64,000 nt of DNA from Alphaproteobacteria bacterium (GTDB lineage Bacteria > Pseudomonadota > Alphaproteobacteria > Rs-D84), in contig JAGBXO010000003.1 of NCBI GenBank assembly GCA_017629245.1, forward strand, positions 65,897 to 129,896. The letters run 5' to 3'. This document shows, piece by piece, positions 29,254 through 39,492 of this stretch (its first letter is position 1; the number at the start of each line of letters is the position of its first letter). The notes below the pieces were generated by a model that saw nothing but the letters and a program-made list of their open reading frames with translations, did not search any database and was not told the DNA's origin. The position numbers were made by a program, and so were the translations under genes.

Positions 29254-30768
29254 ATGAAGGTCAGGACAATTTCATTTTTAACGGGTATTTTTGCGCCTTT
29301 GGCGGTGCTTGCCGCGAACGAAGGTGTTCCCGCATACTATCAAATGACCGCCGCACCAACTGCAAACCAGGCGGCTTATGAACGTTATGCAGCCCGTGGA
29401 TACACAAAATATGTTGGTCAGTCTGGATCAAAACAGGTTTTAAATTCTCAAACGTATTCATATCAGGTTCCGCGCGCCCAGGTGCCAACAATTGCGGGCA
29501 CAATGACCCCAAATGGTATTGCGCTGCCTGCGGAAAATGAACACGCAACACATATTTATGCGGGTTATTCACGTCGTTTTGCGGATTTTGAATTTGAAAC
29601 GGGTGTAAATTCCATTCTGGAATGGGATGACATGATTTGGAACGAAATTCGTGTCGGTGCCAAACATAATTTCAGTCTGCGCGATTTTGATATGTCTGTA
29701 TTTGGCGAATATGCCTATGGTGACATGTCACATGGCGGATTGTCTATGGACTATGACCTAAAGCCTTTTGATGAAGCGGATCAGACATATGGGATTTTTA
29801 CAATTTCTATGGGTGACCAATCTGGGCGCAGCAATCATTTTCGCTTTGGAATATCGGCGCATCATGTATGGGATATTGGCGGATGGAAGTTGTCGCCGAC
29901 ATTTGGCTATGAAATATTCAAACACAACTTGGAAATGTCCAATCATTACTATCCGAACCCTGGGGTATATCTGCCATTAATGACGGATAAAGGGGAATAT
30001 GTCTTTGGTGATGATGTTGGTAATTATTATTCAGTTATTCCGGGCACTGCAACCCCTGATACCTGGTACCAGGTGTGTATGTCCCCAGAAGATATAAAGG
30101 TTGTCACAAATTCACCAAACGGTTATTACGACGGTTTTGGTCAGTTGGGGGATACGCTGTACACTGGTGACTATGAAATTGCGATGGGTACGGTACCATG
30201 GGGGGTAAGTGCCGGCGAATGCGTAATTATTGGTGGTGACGGCCCCGTTATTGTAGAAGGGACAACGCATATCTATAACACAACTTGGTCTGGATTTTTT
30301 GTTGGGTTGGAAATTGAAAAGCAGATGACATTAAAAGATAATCTGCGCATGTATGTTCAGTTTGGTCTGCCCAAATATTCATCAGAAGGTATCTGGCCAA
30401 ATCGTACCGACTGGCAACAAAACCCCAGTTTCCTGGACGAAGGCAGCAATGGCGCATATTCATACTCTGCAGAACTGGAATACAACTACAAATTATCCGA
30501 CCGCGTAAAATTATCGCTAAAGGTTGATACAAATTTATTCCATGTTGGCAATATCGGTGGTGAATTATATGTCGCAGAATACAGTCAGTATGCCGTTGAT
30601 GAAAACGGTCAATATATAACCCAAGAAATTATTGGTGATGATGGGAATATCTATTATATCCCTGTGCTGGAAACATATCCGGCCTATACCGAACAGGTAT
30701 CTGATTCCTTAAAGCGCGCCACATGGCAGTCGTTTGGTCTGCATCTGGGCGTTAAGTATGCGTTTTAA
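29254..30768 (+). CDS. Putative outer-membrane beta-barrel protein
   Basis: The signal peptide is MKVRTISFLTGIFAPLAVLAA. The C-terminus ...GLHLGVKYAF ends in an aromatic residue and the protein has alternating hydrophobic strands. Confidence 0.5.
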   Translation: MKVRTISFLTGIFAPLAVLAANEGVPAYYQMTAAPTANQAAYERYAARGYTKYVGQSGSKQVLNSQTYSYQVPRAQVPTIAGTMTPNGIALPAENEHATHIYAGYSRRFADFEFETGVNSILEWDDMIWNEIRVGAKHNFSLRDFDMSVFGEYAYGDMSHGGLSMDYDLKPFDEADQTYGIFTISMGDQSGRSNHFRFGISAHHVWDIGGWKLSPTFGYEIFKHNLEMSNHYYPNPGVYLPLMTDKGEYVFGDDVGNYYSVIPGTATPDTWYQVCMSPEDIKVVTNSPNGYYDGFGQLGDTLYTGDYEIAMGTVPWGVSAGECVIIGGDGPVIVEGTTHIYNTTWSGFFVGLEIEKQMTLKDNLRMYVQFGLPKYSSEGIWPNRTDWQQNPSFLDEGSNGAYSYSAELEYNYKLSDRVKLSLKVDTNLFHVGNIGGELYVAEYSQYAVDENGQYITQEIIGDDGNIYYIPVLETYPAYTEQVSDSLKRATWQSFGLHLGVKYAF

Positions 30769-30786
30769 CTAATTTTGGGGGTATGT

Positions 30787-31833
30787 ATGAAGACCAAGTA
30801 TCTGTCGTGGTTGACGGCATGCGTATTATTTTTTCCATATTCTGCAAATGCCATGCGTGGTGAATTTAATGTTGATCGTTGGTATGAAATGCTGGAATCT
30901 GTACGTACACGCGCCACAGCCGATGGTATTTCTGCAGATACTATAAATTCAACCCTGCGCAGTCCTGCTTTTATCCCATCAATTGTTCGCAGCGATAAAA
31001 ATCAGGCAGAATTTAAATTAACCCTGGATGGCTATCTGGCGCGTACAGTAAATTCTACGCGTATTGCCCAGGGACAAAAGATGCGTGCAACATATCCAAC
31101 AATGTTGTCGCGTGTTGAAAATAAATATGGTGTGCCACCACATATCATGTTGGCGTTTTGGGGTATGGAATCAAATTACGGTGCGGTAAAATCACGACAC
31201 AAATTAACAGATGCCTTTTTTACGCTAATGTATGATGGTCGTCGTGAAACATTCTTTACAAACCAGTTAGTGGCCTTGATGAAGATTGCAGATAAAAATA
31301 AACTGGACATAAATAATATCTATGGTTCTTGGGCGGGTGCGATGGGCCATTTTCAGTTTATCCCCACAACCCTGCAACAATATGGCGCAGACGGCAGTGG
31401 TGACGGGCGTATCGATATTATAAACAATATCGGTGACGCAATGTTCAGTGCCGGAAATTACCTGAATAAACTGGGCTGGGACAAAAATCAGCGTATCGTT
31501 CGCCAGGTAATATTACCTGCTGATTTTGATATATCCCTGTTGGACGGCAAAACAAAATTCACACTACCCCAGTGGGCGGCCATGGGGGTGACAAATCCTG
31601 ATGGTTCGGCTATTCCGCAAAATGAAATGCTGGCAGGTCTGGTTGCAGATGTTGCCGAAATCACCAACATGCGTGCCCAGGCATCCCAGACTGCCGCGCC
31701 AGACACAGATGTTGCGCCAATGCCGGTTATAACCGCATACCTGACATACCCAAATTTTTATCGGATTAAAAAGTGGAATAATTCTAATTGGTACGCCATC
31801 GCAATTGCTACCCTGGCTGACCAATTGCATTAA
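30787..31833 (+). CDS. mltB: Lytic murein transglycosylase (MltB family)
   Basis: The signal peptide is MKTKYLSWLTACVLFFPYSANA. The MESNYG catalytic motif and GQFQFIPTT are present. Confidence 0.7.
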   Translation: MKTKYLSWLTACVLFFPYSANAMRGEFNVDRWYEMLESVRTRATADGISADTINSTLRSPAFIPSIVRSDKNQAEFKLTLDGYLARTVNSTRIAQGQKMRATYPTMLSRVENKYGVPPHIMLAFWGMESNYGAVKSRHKLTDAFFTLMYDGRRETFFTNQLVALMKIADKNKLDINNIYGSWAGAMGHFQFIPTTLQQYGADGSGDGRIDIINNIGDAMFSAGNYLNKLGWDKNQRIVRQVILPADFDISLLDGKTKFTLPQWAAMGVTNPDGSAIPQNEMLAGLVADVAEITNMRAQASQTAAPDTDVAPMPVITAYLTYPNFYRIKKWNNSNWYAIAIATLADQLH

Positions 31834-33026
31834 GAATTATTCTTTGTTCTGGCTTCTTCTAGACATTGCTTCATTATATCCAAAGCTTTATATCCGTATC
31901 TGGTTGTAGGTTCCAGGATTGCGCCTTCTGCCCATTCGTTCCAGGCATTTATATAGACATATTGATTATTTTTTTTATTATTTTGTTTTGTCCATTGTAA
32001 AATATCCGTCAACCATAATTTAAAATCTTCATATGTCATATCAAAGCAAGTTCCATGCGAGTACGCTTTGCGAGGACAGTTGTCCCATGATGGAAAACAG
32101 GCCTTAAACAGAGTGTAGTCTGGTGTGTTCATATGTTGTTTTTGTTTTAAATATTTGTTCAGATTTAGCACATTAAAATTAACTGTTTCCGATATTTTAT
32201 TTTTATAAACGCTGTCACATTTTGAAAATAATACATGTGGTGGAAATTCTATTATTCCTTGGAATCCCAGTTGCAGTGGTTGATTAAATCCCATTGCGTT
32301 TGAAGCCATCCAAAATATGCCATCAAATCCAACCTGTTTTGCAAAGAATTCTATTTTTTTCATAAAATCGGTCAATTGATTTTGTTCAAATACTTCAGGT
32401 CTATAAATCATTAGCAACGGTTTATTATCAATTTTCTCGTATCTATTGTCTTGTACAAATGGCAATAAATCTGCCCAGAATTTTTCTGCATCATCTGGAT
32501 TGATTTTTTGTTCTAATATAATTTCCTTATTCCCGCCATCCCATAATTTTGACCAGTTTTCATTTGCCCAACACAGATGAAAATGCATATCTATATCTGA
32601 ATTCAAAAAATTATATAATGGTTTTTCCAGGACTTTCTTTCCAGAAAACCAATAATAGTAAAAACAAAATCCATACAACCCATATGCCTGTGCAATTTCT
32701 GCTTGGCGTCTCATAACATTTATGTCTGTTAAATTATAAAAGCCCAGGTCGTATGGAATTTTGGGTTGATAATGTCCATCAAAATATGGTGCACATGATG
32801 CGACATTTGTCCATTCTGTGAACCCCTTGCCGTGTGCGGAATCGTTTTCTGGAATTGGGTGAAATTGTGTCAGATAATATGCAAATATTTTAATGTCATC
32901 ATCTGTGCGCAAAAAGGGTTTGTCTGTGAACGCGACAAACTGGGATGTGTCGTGTTTCAGTTGACTTAACCATCTGGCGTACAGGTTTATGTAATTTTGT
33001 TTGTTTATTTTTTTTATCCATCTCAT
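31830..33026 (-). CDS. WbsX-family glycosyltransferase / glycan biosynthesis protein
   Basis: FAYYLTQFHPIPENDSAHGKGFTEWTNV matches the Glyco_tran_WbsX N-terminal signature. Confidence 0.6.
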   Translation of the reverse strand: MRWIKKINKQNYINLYARWLSQLKHDTSQFVAFTDKPFLRTDDDIKIFAYYLTQFHPIPENDSAHGKGFTEWTNVASCAPYFDGHYQPKIPYDLGFYNLTDINVMRRQAEIAQAYGLYGFCFYYYWFSGKKVLEKPLYNFLNSDIDMHFHLCWANENWSKLWDGGNKEIILEQKINPDDAEKFWADLLPFVQDNRYEKIDNKPLLMIYRPEVFEQNQLTDFMKKIEFFAKQVGFDGIFWMASNAMGFNQPLQLGFQGIIEFPPHVLFSKCDSVYKNKISETVNFNVLNLNKYLKQKQHMNTPDYTLFKACFPSWDNCPRKAYSHGTCFDMTYEDFKLWLTDILQWTKQNNKKNNQYVYINAWNEWAEGAILEPTTRYGYKALDIMKQCLEEARTKNNS

Positions 33027-33035
33027 ATTAGTACC

Positions 33036-33854
33036 TTATTTATAGTATTGAATTTTTATTAAAGGAATAAATCCAAATAATTTAAGTACTTTTTTAATTT
33101 TTTTTGTTTTTTGTCTTCTTTTCCATTCATCGTAATAAATTGGATATTTTTCTCGTGCCTGATTAATCATAATTGGTAAAATATCATACATTTTTTGCCA
33201 TGTTCGCGTTGTTGTATTATCGCCATGCCATACATACTGTAATACCACATCAGGAATATTGTGAAAACAAGTGTGATTGATTAAATCCAGCCATAAAGAA
33301 TGGTCCTCTGCGGGTGTCCATTTTTCATCATATTTTATGTTGTTTTGTTTTAATACAGATGCGCGTATCATTGCGGTTGGGTGGTTCGGGGTACATATAT
33401 ATGGTTCATTAATCAATGATATTTTTATATCGTTGTCATTGGTTGGAAAGTTAGTTTTTGATATTATTTTATTGTCTTTTATTTCGTACATATTTCCGCC
33501 CACAACCCCAATGTGTGGATTTTTATCTAAAATTTCTGCTTCCAATTCGAATCTTTTTGGCATTGAAATGTCATCATGGTCTACCACCGCCAGGTATTCG
33601 CCTGTTGCCATATTGATTAATTTGTTTCGTGATTTTGTAATTCCCATATTATATTCGTTTACAAAAAACTTTATGCGCGAATCATCGTATGATTTAACAA
33701 TTTTTTCAATCTCGGTATTTTCTGGACTGTCGTTTAATATCAGAAATTCAAAATCCTCATATGTTTGGCCCAGAATGCTTTCTATCATTGCGCGCAATTG
33801 GATCGGTTTAGTATTATATAATGGTGTCAGTACAGATATCTTTGGATGTGTCAT
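33036..33854 (-). CDS. Glycosyltransferase family 2
   Basis: ISVLTPLYNTKPIQLRAMIESILGQTYEDFEFLILNDSPENT is a GT2 N-terminal block, and a DxD motif is present. Confidence 0.75.
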   Translation of the reverse strand: MTHPKISVLTPLYNTKPIQLRAMIESILGQTYEDFEFLILNDSPENTEIEKIVKSYDDSRIKFFVNEYNMGITKSRNKLINMATGEYLAVVDHDDISMPKRFELEAEILDKNPHIGVVGGNMYEIKDNKIISKTNFPTNDNDIKISLINEPYICTPNHPTAMIRASVLKQNNIKYDEKWTPAEDHSLWLDLINHTCFHNIPDVVLQYVWHGDNTTTRTWQKMYDILPIMINQAREKYPIYYDEWKRRQKTKKIKKVLKLFGFIPLIKIQYYK

Positions 33855-35068
33855 AGTGTTTGCCTTTGTGTCTTGATAAAGTTTATAATGTCGTTCAGGT
33901 TTTGTTTTGGAGAAATCGTATTCAGTACCAGTCCGTATTTGTACTTTGATACGCGCTCGGCCGGTGCACCAATGTCAAAGCACGCAACGGGCAACCCCAT
34001 TGATATTGCCTCAGACGTGGTATATGAAAATGTTTCTGGCCAAATGGATGGTATAAATACTAAATCAATTTGTTCACGTTCCATTATTTTTGGCAAATGT
34101 TTTGGCTTGTACCTGCCGGATACATATATATTTGCGGGCGCATTTTTCATTGTGCCAATAATTTTAATTTTTACATTATCTGCCAAATGGTGCGCCATAT
34201 CACGAATAACACCTGCACCTTTTTGTTGTGATATTGCCCCCAGGACAGCAATATTTATATCGTTGTGTGGTTTTATTCTGGCGACCTTGAATTTGCGTAC
34301 AGTGTGCGGAATAACGGATATTTTATTTTTTATGTTCGGATAAGCCATTGTAAAAATATCTGCAATTTTTTCTGAAAAGATAACTATACAATCCGCTGTG
34401 TTTTCCAGAAAATCCCACCATGCGTGCCGCCAACTACAAATACTTGTTGCGCCCGACTTTAATGCCTTGTCTGATTTTTTATTGTTTGCTAACCGAATTT
34501 TTCCCCAGCATTGTTCGCACCCGCCGCCATATTGCAGTCTGCAGTATTTTCCATCGCAGTTAATTAAATTAAAACTGGGGCAAATGCAGTGAAAATCATG
34601 CCCCCGGAATGATACGCGTGGGCAATATGGATTGTTTTGCTTAATTGCACGGATTAGAAGCAGGGTGTCTGTTGTGCTTTTATACGCCACCAGATTATTG
34701 ATTACAATTTCATGTAAATCTAAATCGCAGAACAAATTATATATCCGATATATATATTTGGTCTTAAAAACACGATGCCGGTTTGTTGCCCATGTCATAT
34801 GATATAAACCCGTCGCAGGAAAATGTTGCACCCTGATAATATCGAAATTTTTTTTCAGAGTTTTTATTTGTTGCTTTGAATAAACTTCGGTTCCGCCCCC
34901 CAATGCATGATCAAACCATACTATAACAGGTTTGCCGGTCAGATGTTTGGTAACAGCTTTTGGAACATTTATATACGCATTCCATTTGTTTTTAAGGTAT
35001 CTGCGTAATGGCCGTCGCAGTGATGATATTGGTATAACCAGGCATATAATGCTAATTATGGCTTTCAT
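33851..35068 (-). CDS. Glycosyltransferase family 1/4-like
   Basis: The C-terminal block ...EAISMGLPVACFDIGAPAERV is GT1-like. The product is 405 aa and the gene overlaps the downstream GT2 start by 4 nt. Confidence 0.5.
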   Translation of the reverse strand: MKAIISIICLVIPISSLRRPLRRYLKNKWNAYINVPKAVTKHLTGKPVIVWFDHALGGGTEVYSKQQIKTLKKNFDIIRVQHFPATGLYHMTWATNRHRVFKTKYIYRIYNLFCDLDLHEIVINNLVAYKSTTDTLLLIRAIKQNNPYCPRVSFRGHDFHCICPSFNLINCDGKYCRLQYGGGCEQCWGKIRLANNKKSDKALKSGATSICSWRHAWWDFLENTADCIVIFSEKIADIFTMAYPNIKNKISVIPHTVRKFKVARIKPHNDINIAVLGAISQQKGAGVIRDMAHHLADNVKIKIIGTMKNAPANIYVSGRYKPKHLPKIMEREQIDLVFIPSIWPETFSYTTSEAISMGLPVACFDIGAPAERVSKYKYGLVLNTISPKQNLNDIINFIKTQRQTL

Positions 35069-35072
35069 AATA

Positions 35073-35900
35073 TCAGTCTTTGATTTTTACCAGTGGTATA
35101 CAGTCAAACAGTAATGCCCATTTATTTTTGATTTTTATCAATGGGATTTTTCCAAACAGCCTGATGCGTATCCGTCGCAGACTTCGTTCAAATGCCAATC
35201 TGTACATTGGGTATTTGTTGCATATTTGCATTTTGATTGATTCATGCACGATATTAACGCGCCGTCTGTTTTGATTTGAAGTGTTTGTGTTTTCCCATCT
35301 GTATTCAACCAAAACTTCTTGCAAATTGTGAAAATCAGTGCACGCCATCAGTTGTCCCCATAACCGATAATCTTCTGCAGGCGTATATTGTTCTTCGTAT
35401 TTTATGTTGTTTTTTATCAGCACAGATTTTCTTATCATCGCGGTTGTGTGCATAATTGCACACACATCGGTCAGTCGTATTTTTATATCTGTATCAAATT
35501 CTGGATTTTTTCGTATAAAGTCTTTTTCTCCGAACCAGTGCGCCCATGCACCAACTACCCCAACATATGGATTTGCGTCTAGAAACTTAACCTGTTTTTC
35601 CAGTCGCGATGGGTGTGATATATCGTCATGATCAAAAATTGCCAAATACTTACCGCGCGCTAAATCAATCAGTTTATTTCGCGATGCAGAAATCCCGATG
35701 TTTTTATCATTGCAGACATATTTTATCCGCGCATCATTGTATGATTTAACAATCTGACCCAGTTCGGTATTTTCCGGACTGTCATTCAAGATTATAAATT
35801 CAAAATCAGCGTATGTCTGATTCAGAATTGATTCAATACACGCGCGTAAATGTGCATGGTTTGTATTATATATTGGGGTCAGTACGGATACTGTTGGCAT
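35073..35900 (-). CDS. Glycosyltransferase family 2 (paralog of 33036-33854)
   Basis: MPTVSVLTPIYNTNHAHLRACIESILNQTYADFEFIILNDSPENT is a GT2 block. The start was set at the internal Met, which has an RBS (AAGGAAAAGG) and aligns with the paralog N-terminus. The ORF itself extends to 35996. Confidence 0.65.
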   Translation of the reverse strand: MPTVSVLTPIYNTNHAHLRACIESILNQTYADFEFIILNDSPENTELGQIVKSYNDARIKYVCNDKNIGISASRNKLIDLARGKYLAIFDHDDISHPSRLEKQVKFLDANPYVGVVGAWAHWFGEKDFIRKNPEFDTDIKIRLTDVCAIMHTTAMIRKSVLIKNNIKYEEQYTPAEDYRLWGQLMACTDFHNLQEVLVEYRWENTNTSNQNRRRVNIVHESIKMQICNKYPMYRLAFERSLRRIRIRLFGKIPLIKIKNKWALLFDCIPLVKIKD

Positions 35901-36296
35901 GTGAAAACCTTTTCCTTCTTTTGTGCCATCAGCGTAGCTGTTTTTATTCACATATGCACTAGGACAGTTTTCTGCTTTTCTTTTTTTTGTGTACATTTGT
36001 TTGCTCCACCTTTAAAAAAAACACCAAGAAAAAACTTGGTGGTTGGAGCTTGAGAACAATACCGAGGATTGCATGCCTTATTCAATATATTCAGCATACT
36101 CCAACCAATTACGATGGAGAGTTGTCCACGTTTCCGTGGACACTCGGTTCTGGGTTCTCACGCCCATCGCAGAAACACCCTGCGACAACATTTATAATAA
36201 TTTGTATTATTTCAAAAATCAATACAAATAAAATCATTGAATATTCAGCGTTTGTTTGGTATTCTTTCCCCTGTACAGTATATAAAGGATGTATTA

Positions 36297-37256
36297 ATGG
36301 CTATCAAAATACGCGATTTCGAAGTTCGCCTAACGCGCAGCAAAGAAGAACGAAAACAGGTTCGTCAATTGCGCTATCAGGTTTTCTGTCTGGAAGAGGG
36401 GGCAGGTGCAACTGAAGAGCAGCGTGCCCTGGGCGAAGAGTATGATGCCTATGACCGTTTTGCTGAATACATGGCGGTATTTCATAATGGTCGTGTGGTT
36501 GGTACATATCGTATCATCGACAGACGGGCCGCCGAAAAGATGGATGGTTTCTATACAGAAAACGAATTTAATATATCCAAGATAAAAAAATATCGTGGCA
36601 ACATTGCTGAAATGTCGCGCGCATGTGTTGATCCAGAATATCGTGATAACGCATTGGTTTTGCGTATGTTGTGGGCAGGTTTGGGTGAATTAATTGTGCG
36701 TCGTAAAATTGGTGTTGTGTTTGGTGTGGCGTCGTTCGTTGGAACAAAGCCTGCGCGCAGTGCCCAGGCAATATCATATTTGTACTATAACCATTTATCG
36801 CCATCACGTCTGCGTGCAACTGTGTTGCCTGAAAAATTTGCAGAAGGTGTAAACCCAAAACTGGCGCGCATGAATATTTTTCCACGTGAATTTGTTGATG
36901 CAGCAGATGCGCGCACTGAAATGACCCCATTGATTAAGGGGTATTTGCGCCTGGGGGCATCATTTGGTCGTGGTGTATTCGTTGATGTGCCGTTTAATTC
37001 ATACGATGTGTTCGTTGTTGTTGAAACACGCAAAATGGATGCGGCGTATCAAAAGCATTTCTTGGGCCGCGAGAATGCGCTGGGCGCACCAGAAGATGAA
37101 AAAGAAAAAATCATCAAAACAGTGGGAAAAATTCTAACATTCCCAGTTGTTGGTCCGTTCAAGGCGGTGCGTGCTGTTGTTGACTTCTTGTTGCGCGAAG
37201 ATGCAGATGATGCAGAATATATCGAAGATATCGAAAAATCAGAAACCGAAGAATAG
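36297..37256 (+). CDS. olsB: Ornithine lipid N-acyltransferase OlsB-like (GNAT/Acetyltransf_5)
   Basis: The start MAIKIRDFEVRLTRSKEERKQVRQLRYQVF and the length of about 320 aa fit OlsB. An olsA-like gene lies immediately downstream. Confidence 0.6.
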   Translation: MAIKIRDFEVRLTRSKEERKQVRQLRYQVFCLEEGAGATEEQRALGEEYDAYDRFAEYMAVFHNGRVVGTYRIIDRRAAEKMDGFYTENEFNISKIKKYRGNIAEMSRACVDPEYRDNALVLRMLWAGLGELIVRRKIGVVFGVASFVGTKPARSAQAISYLYYNHLSPSRLRATVLPEKFAEGVNPKLARMNIFPREFVDAADARTEMTPLIKGYLRLGASFGRGVFVDVPFNSYDVFVVVETRKMDAAYQKHFLGRENALGAPEDEKEKIIKTVGKILTFPVVGPFKAVRAVVDFLLREDADDAEYIEDIEKSETEE

Positions 37257-37260
37257 TATC

Positions 37261-38082
37261 ATGGCAAAATTACGCAAACAAAATATATTTAATACAACAA
37301 CCGCGGCAATTAAGTTTGTGCTGTTTTGGATAATGGTTGTGGTCCAGTTGCCAATATTGCTATTGTTGCCACGCGGTGATTTATCTGTGCGCTATATGCG
37401 TGTATTTATGTGGGTTTTGGTAAAACTGGCGGGGGTGCGCGTTATTGTTCATGGTAAATTGTCTGATGCGCGTCCACTGATGATTGTATCTAATCATATT
37501 TCTGTGTTTGAAATTGCGACATTTCCATCTGTTTTCCGGGGCAGTTTCATTGCCAAAAAAGAAATGGAAAATTGGCCATTGGTCGGTTGGGTTGCGCGAA
37601 AGTTTGGTGTAATCTTTGTTGACCGTCGTCCATCGCATGCGCGTGATGCGCTGGCGGTGGTGCAACGTGCGGTCCAAACCGTTAAGTATCCGATGATTTT
37701 ATTTCCCGAAGGAACAACGACAAACGGCGCATATGTAAAACCATTTAAAAGTACATTATTTAACTTTGTTGAAAATTCTAATGTGACTGTGCAACCAATG
37801 GCAATGCACTATCGCTATCGTGACGGTTCTGTAATTGATGAACAGACACTTGCTGATCACTTCGCATATTTTGATAACAAGAAAATGGATGTGGGGCCAA
37901 AATGCAAACGCGAACGCAGTGCCTTTGGCCAGGTGTTTCATATAATGATGTTGGGCGGATTTACGGTTGAAATAACATTGCTGCCACCACCACCCCTGAC
38001 GGGGTTGGACAGAAAGCAGATTGCTGACATACTGCAAAAACAAGTGTCAGAAAAATACATGGAATTAAAAGATAAAAAATAA
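37261..38082 (+). CDS. olsA: Lyso-ornithine lipid O-acyltransferase OlsA-like (PlsC family)
   Basis: The acyltransferase motifs SNHISVFE (HX4[D/E]) and FPEGTTTNG are present. The gene is adjacent to olsB, as in the rhizobial olsBA operon. Confidence 0.6.
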   Translation: MAKLRKQNIFNTTTAAIKFVLFWIMVVVQLPILLLLPRGDLSVRYMRVFMWVLVKLAGVRVIVHGKLSDARPLMIVSNHISVFEIATFPSVFRGSFIAKKEMENWPLVGWVARKFGVIFVDRRPSHARDALAVVQRAVQTVKYPMILFPEGTTTNGAYVKPFKSTLFNFVENSNVTVQPMAMHYRYRDGSVIDEQTLADHFAYFDNKKMDVGPKCKRERSAFGQVFHIMMLGGFTVEITLLPPPPLTGLDRKQIADILQKQVSEKYMELKDKK

Positions 38083-38111
38083 TAACAATAAAAAATAAAG
38101 AGATTTAGAAA

Positions 38112-39392
38112 ATGAAAATTGAAAATTTATGTGTTCGCCGTTTGATTGGTGATGTTGCCGGCGCAACGACACACGGTCATAAAATGGCAATCAAGGGTGG
38201 TTATATCTATCAAACATTCCAAGGTGGCTATACATTGTCACCATTGGGTTGGCGTGTGGTTCGTAATATTGAAAACATTATTCGCCAGGAAATGGACGGT
38301 ATTGATGGCCAAGAAATTTTAATGCCGGTTGTATCTGGTGCAGATATTTGGCGTGAAAGTGGTCGTTATGACACTGTTGATGTTCTGGCAAAGTTCAAGG
38401 GGCGTTCTGGTACAGACTATGTATTAAATCCAACGCACGAAGAAGTTGTTGTGGATTATGTTAAATCTGTGTTGGAAACATACCGCCAAATGCCATTTAT
38501 GGTTTATCAGATTCAAACAAAATTCCGCGATGAATTGCGTGCGCGTGCAGGTTTGATTCGTACCCGTGAATTTATAATGAAAGACGCATACTCTTTCCAC
38601 GAAACGCAATCTGACCTGGAACAGTATTATGACCGTTGTCTGCATGCCTATGAACGCGTTTTTGCGCGCTGTGGCCTGAAAAATGTGGTCAGTGTAATGT
38701 CCTCTACTGGTGATATGGGCGGCAGTGTTGCGCATGAATTTCAGTTAATAAACGATATGGGTGAAGATACTTTGTTCTTGTGCGAATGTGGTTTTAACAC
38801 AAACAAAGAATTGGTTGACGATGAAACGGAAACTTGCCCAAAGTGTGGTAAAAAAATGCGCCGTGTTCGTGGTATTGAAATTGGTAATATATTCCAACTT
38901 GGTACCAAATATTCAAAATCAATGAATTTAACCTATACTGCATCTGATGGTGAATCTATGCACCCAATAATGGGCTGTTATGGTATTGGTGTTGGTCGTA
39001 CAATGGCCGCAATAATGGAAGAAAGTGCAGACGACAAGGGACCAATTTGGAATATGGTAACCGCGCCATTTGCCGTTCAGGTTATTGGTCTGCCTGACAA
39101 AGACGGGAAAACATTACCTTTGGCCGAAGAAATATATAACAATCTGAAACAGGCCGGCATAGAAGTTTTGTTAGATAATCGTGATGCGCGTGCGGGTGAA
39201 AAATTTGCAGATGCAGATTTGATTGCTGCACCAATTCGCATAATTGTATCTGCCAAAAATCTTGCAAATAATGTGTTAGAGGTTAAGTATCGTGTAAATG
39301 ATGTTGATACCACTGATTTCAAGACTGTATTTGGTCTGGATACTTATATGTCAGAAACAGTTGACACAATATTAAAATTATTGGGGAAATAA
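38112..39392 (+). CDS. proS: Proline--tRNA ligase (short eukaryote/archaea-like form)
   Basis: The class II motif 2 is FRDELRARAGLIRTREFIMKDAYSFH. The N-terminus GYTLSPLGWRVVRNIENIIRQEM fits ProRS. At 426 aa the protein lacks the bacterial INS editing domain, as is typical for alphaproteobacteria. Confidence 0.75.
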   Translation: MKIENLCVRRLIGDVAGATTHGHKMAIKGGYIYQTFQGGYTLSPLGWRVVRNIENIIRQEMDGIDGQEILMPVVSGADIWRESGRYDTVDVLAKFKGRSGTDYVLNPTHEEVVVDYVKSVLETYRQMPFMVYQIQTKFRDELRARAGLIRTREFIMKDAYSFHETQSDLEQYYDRCLHAYERVFARCGLKNVVSVMSSTGDMGGSVAHEFQLINDMGEDTLFLCECGFNTNKELVDDETETCPKCGKKMRRVRGIEIGNIFQLGTKYSKSMNLTYTASDGESMHPIMGCYGIGVGRTMAAIMEESADDKGPIWNMVTAPFAVQVIGLPDKDGKTLPLAEEIYNNLKQAGIEVLLDNRDARAGEKFADADLIAAPIRIIVSAKNLANNVLEVKYRVNDVDTTDFKTVFGLDTYMSETVDTILKLLGK

Positions 39393-39396
39393 CCAA

Positions 39397-39420
39397 ACGG
39401 GGTGCATGCCCCGTTTTTAT
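39397..39420 (+). terminator. Rho-independent terminator after proS
   Basis: The hairpin ACGGGGTGCATGCCCCGT is followed by TTTTT. Confidence 0.6.
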
Positions 39421-39492
39421 TTTTTTATTCCCAATACAAATCATCTTTTTTTATGGTATAATGTCACTGATAATAAAACACCAGGGGGGAAT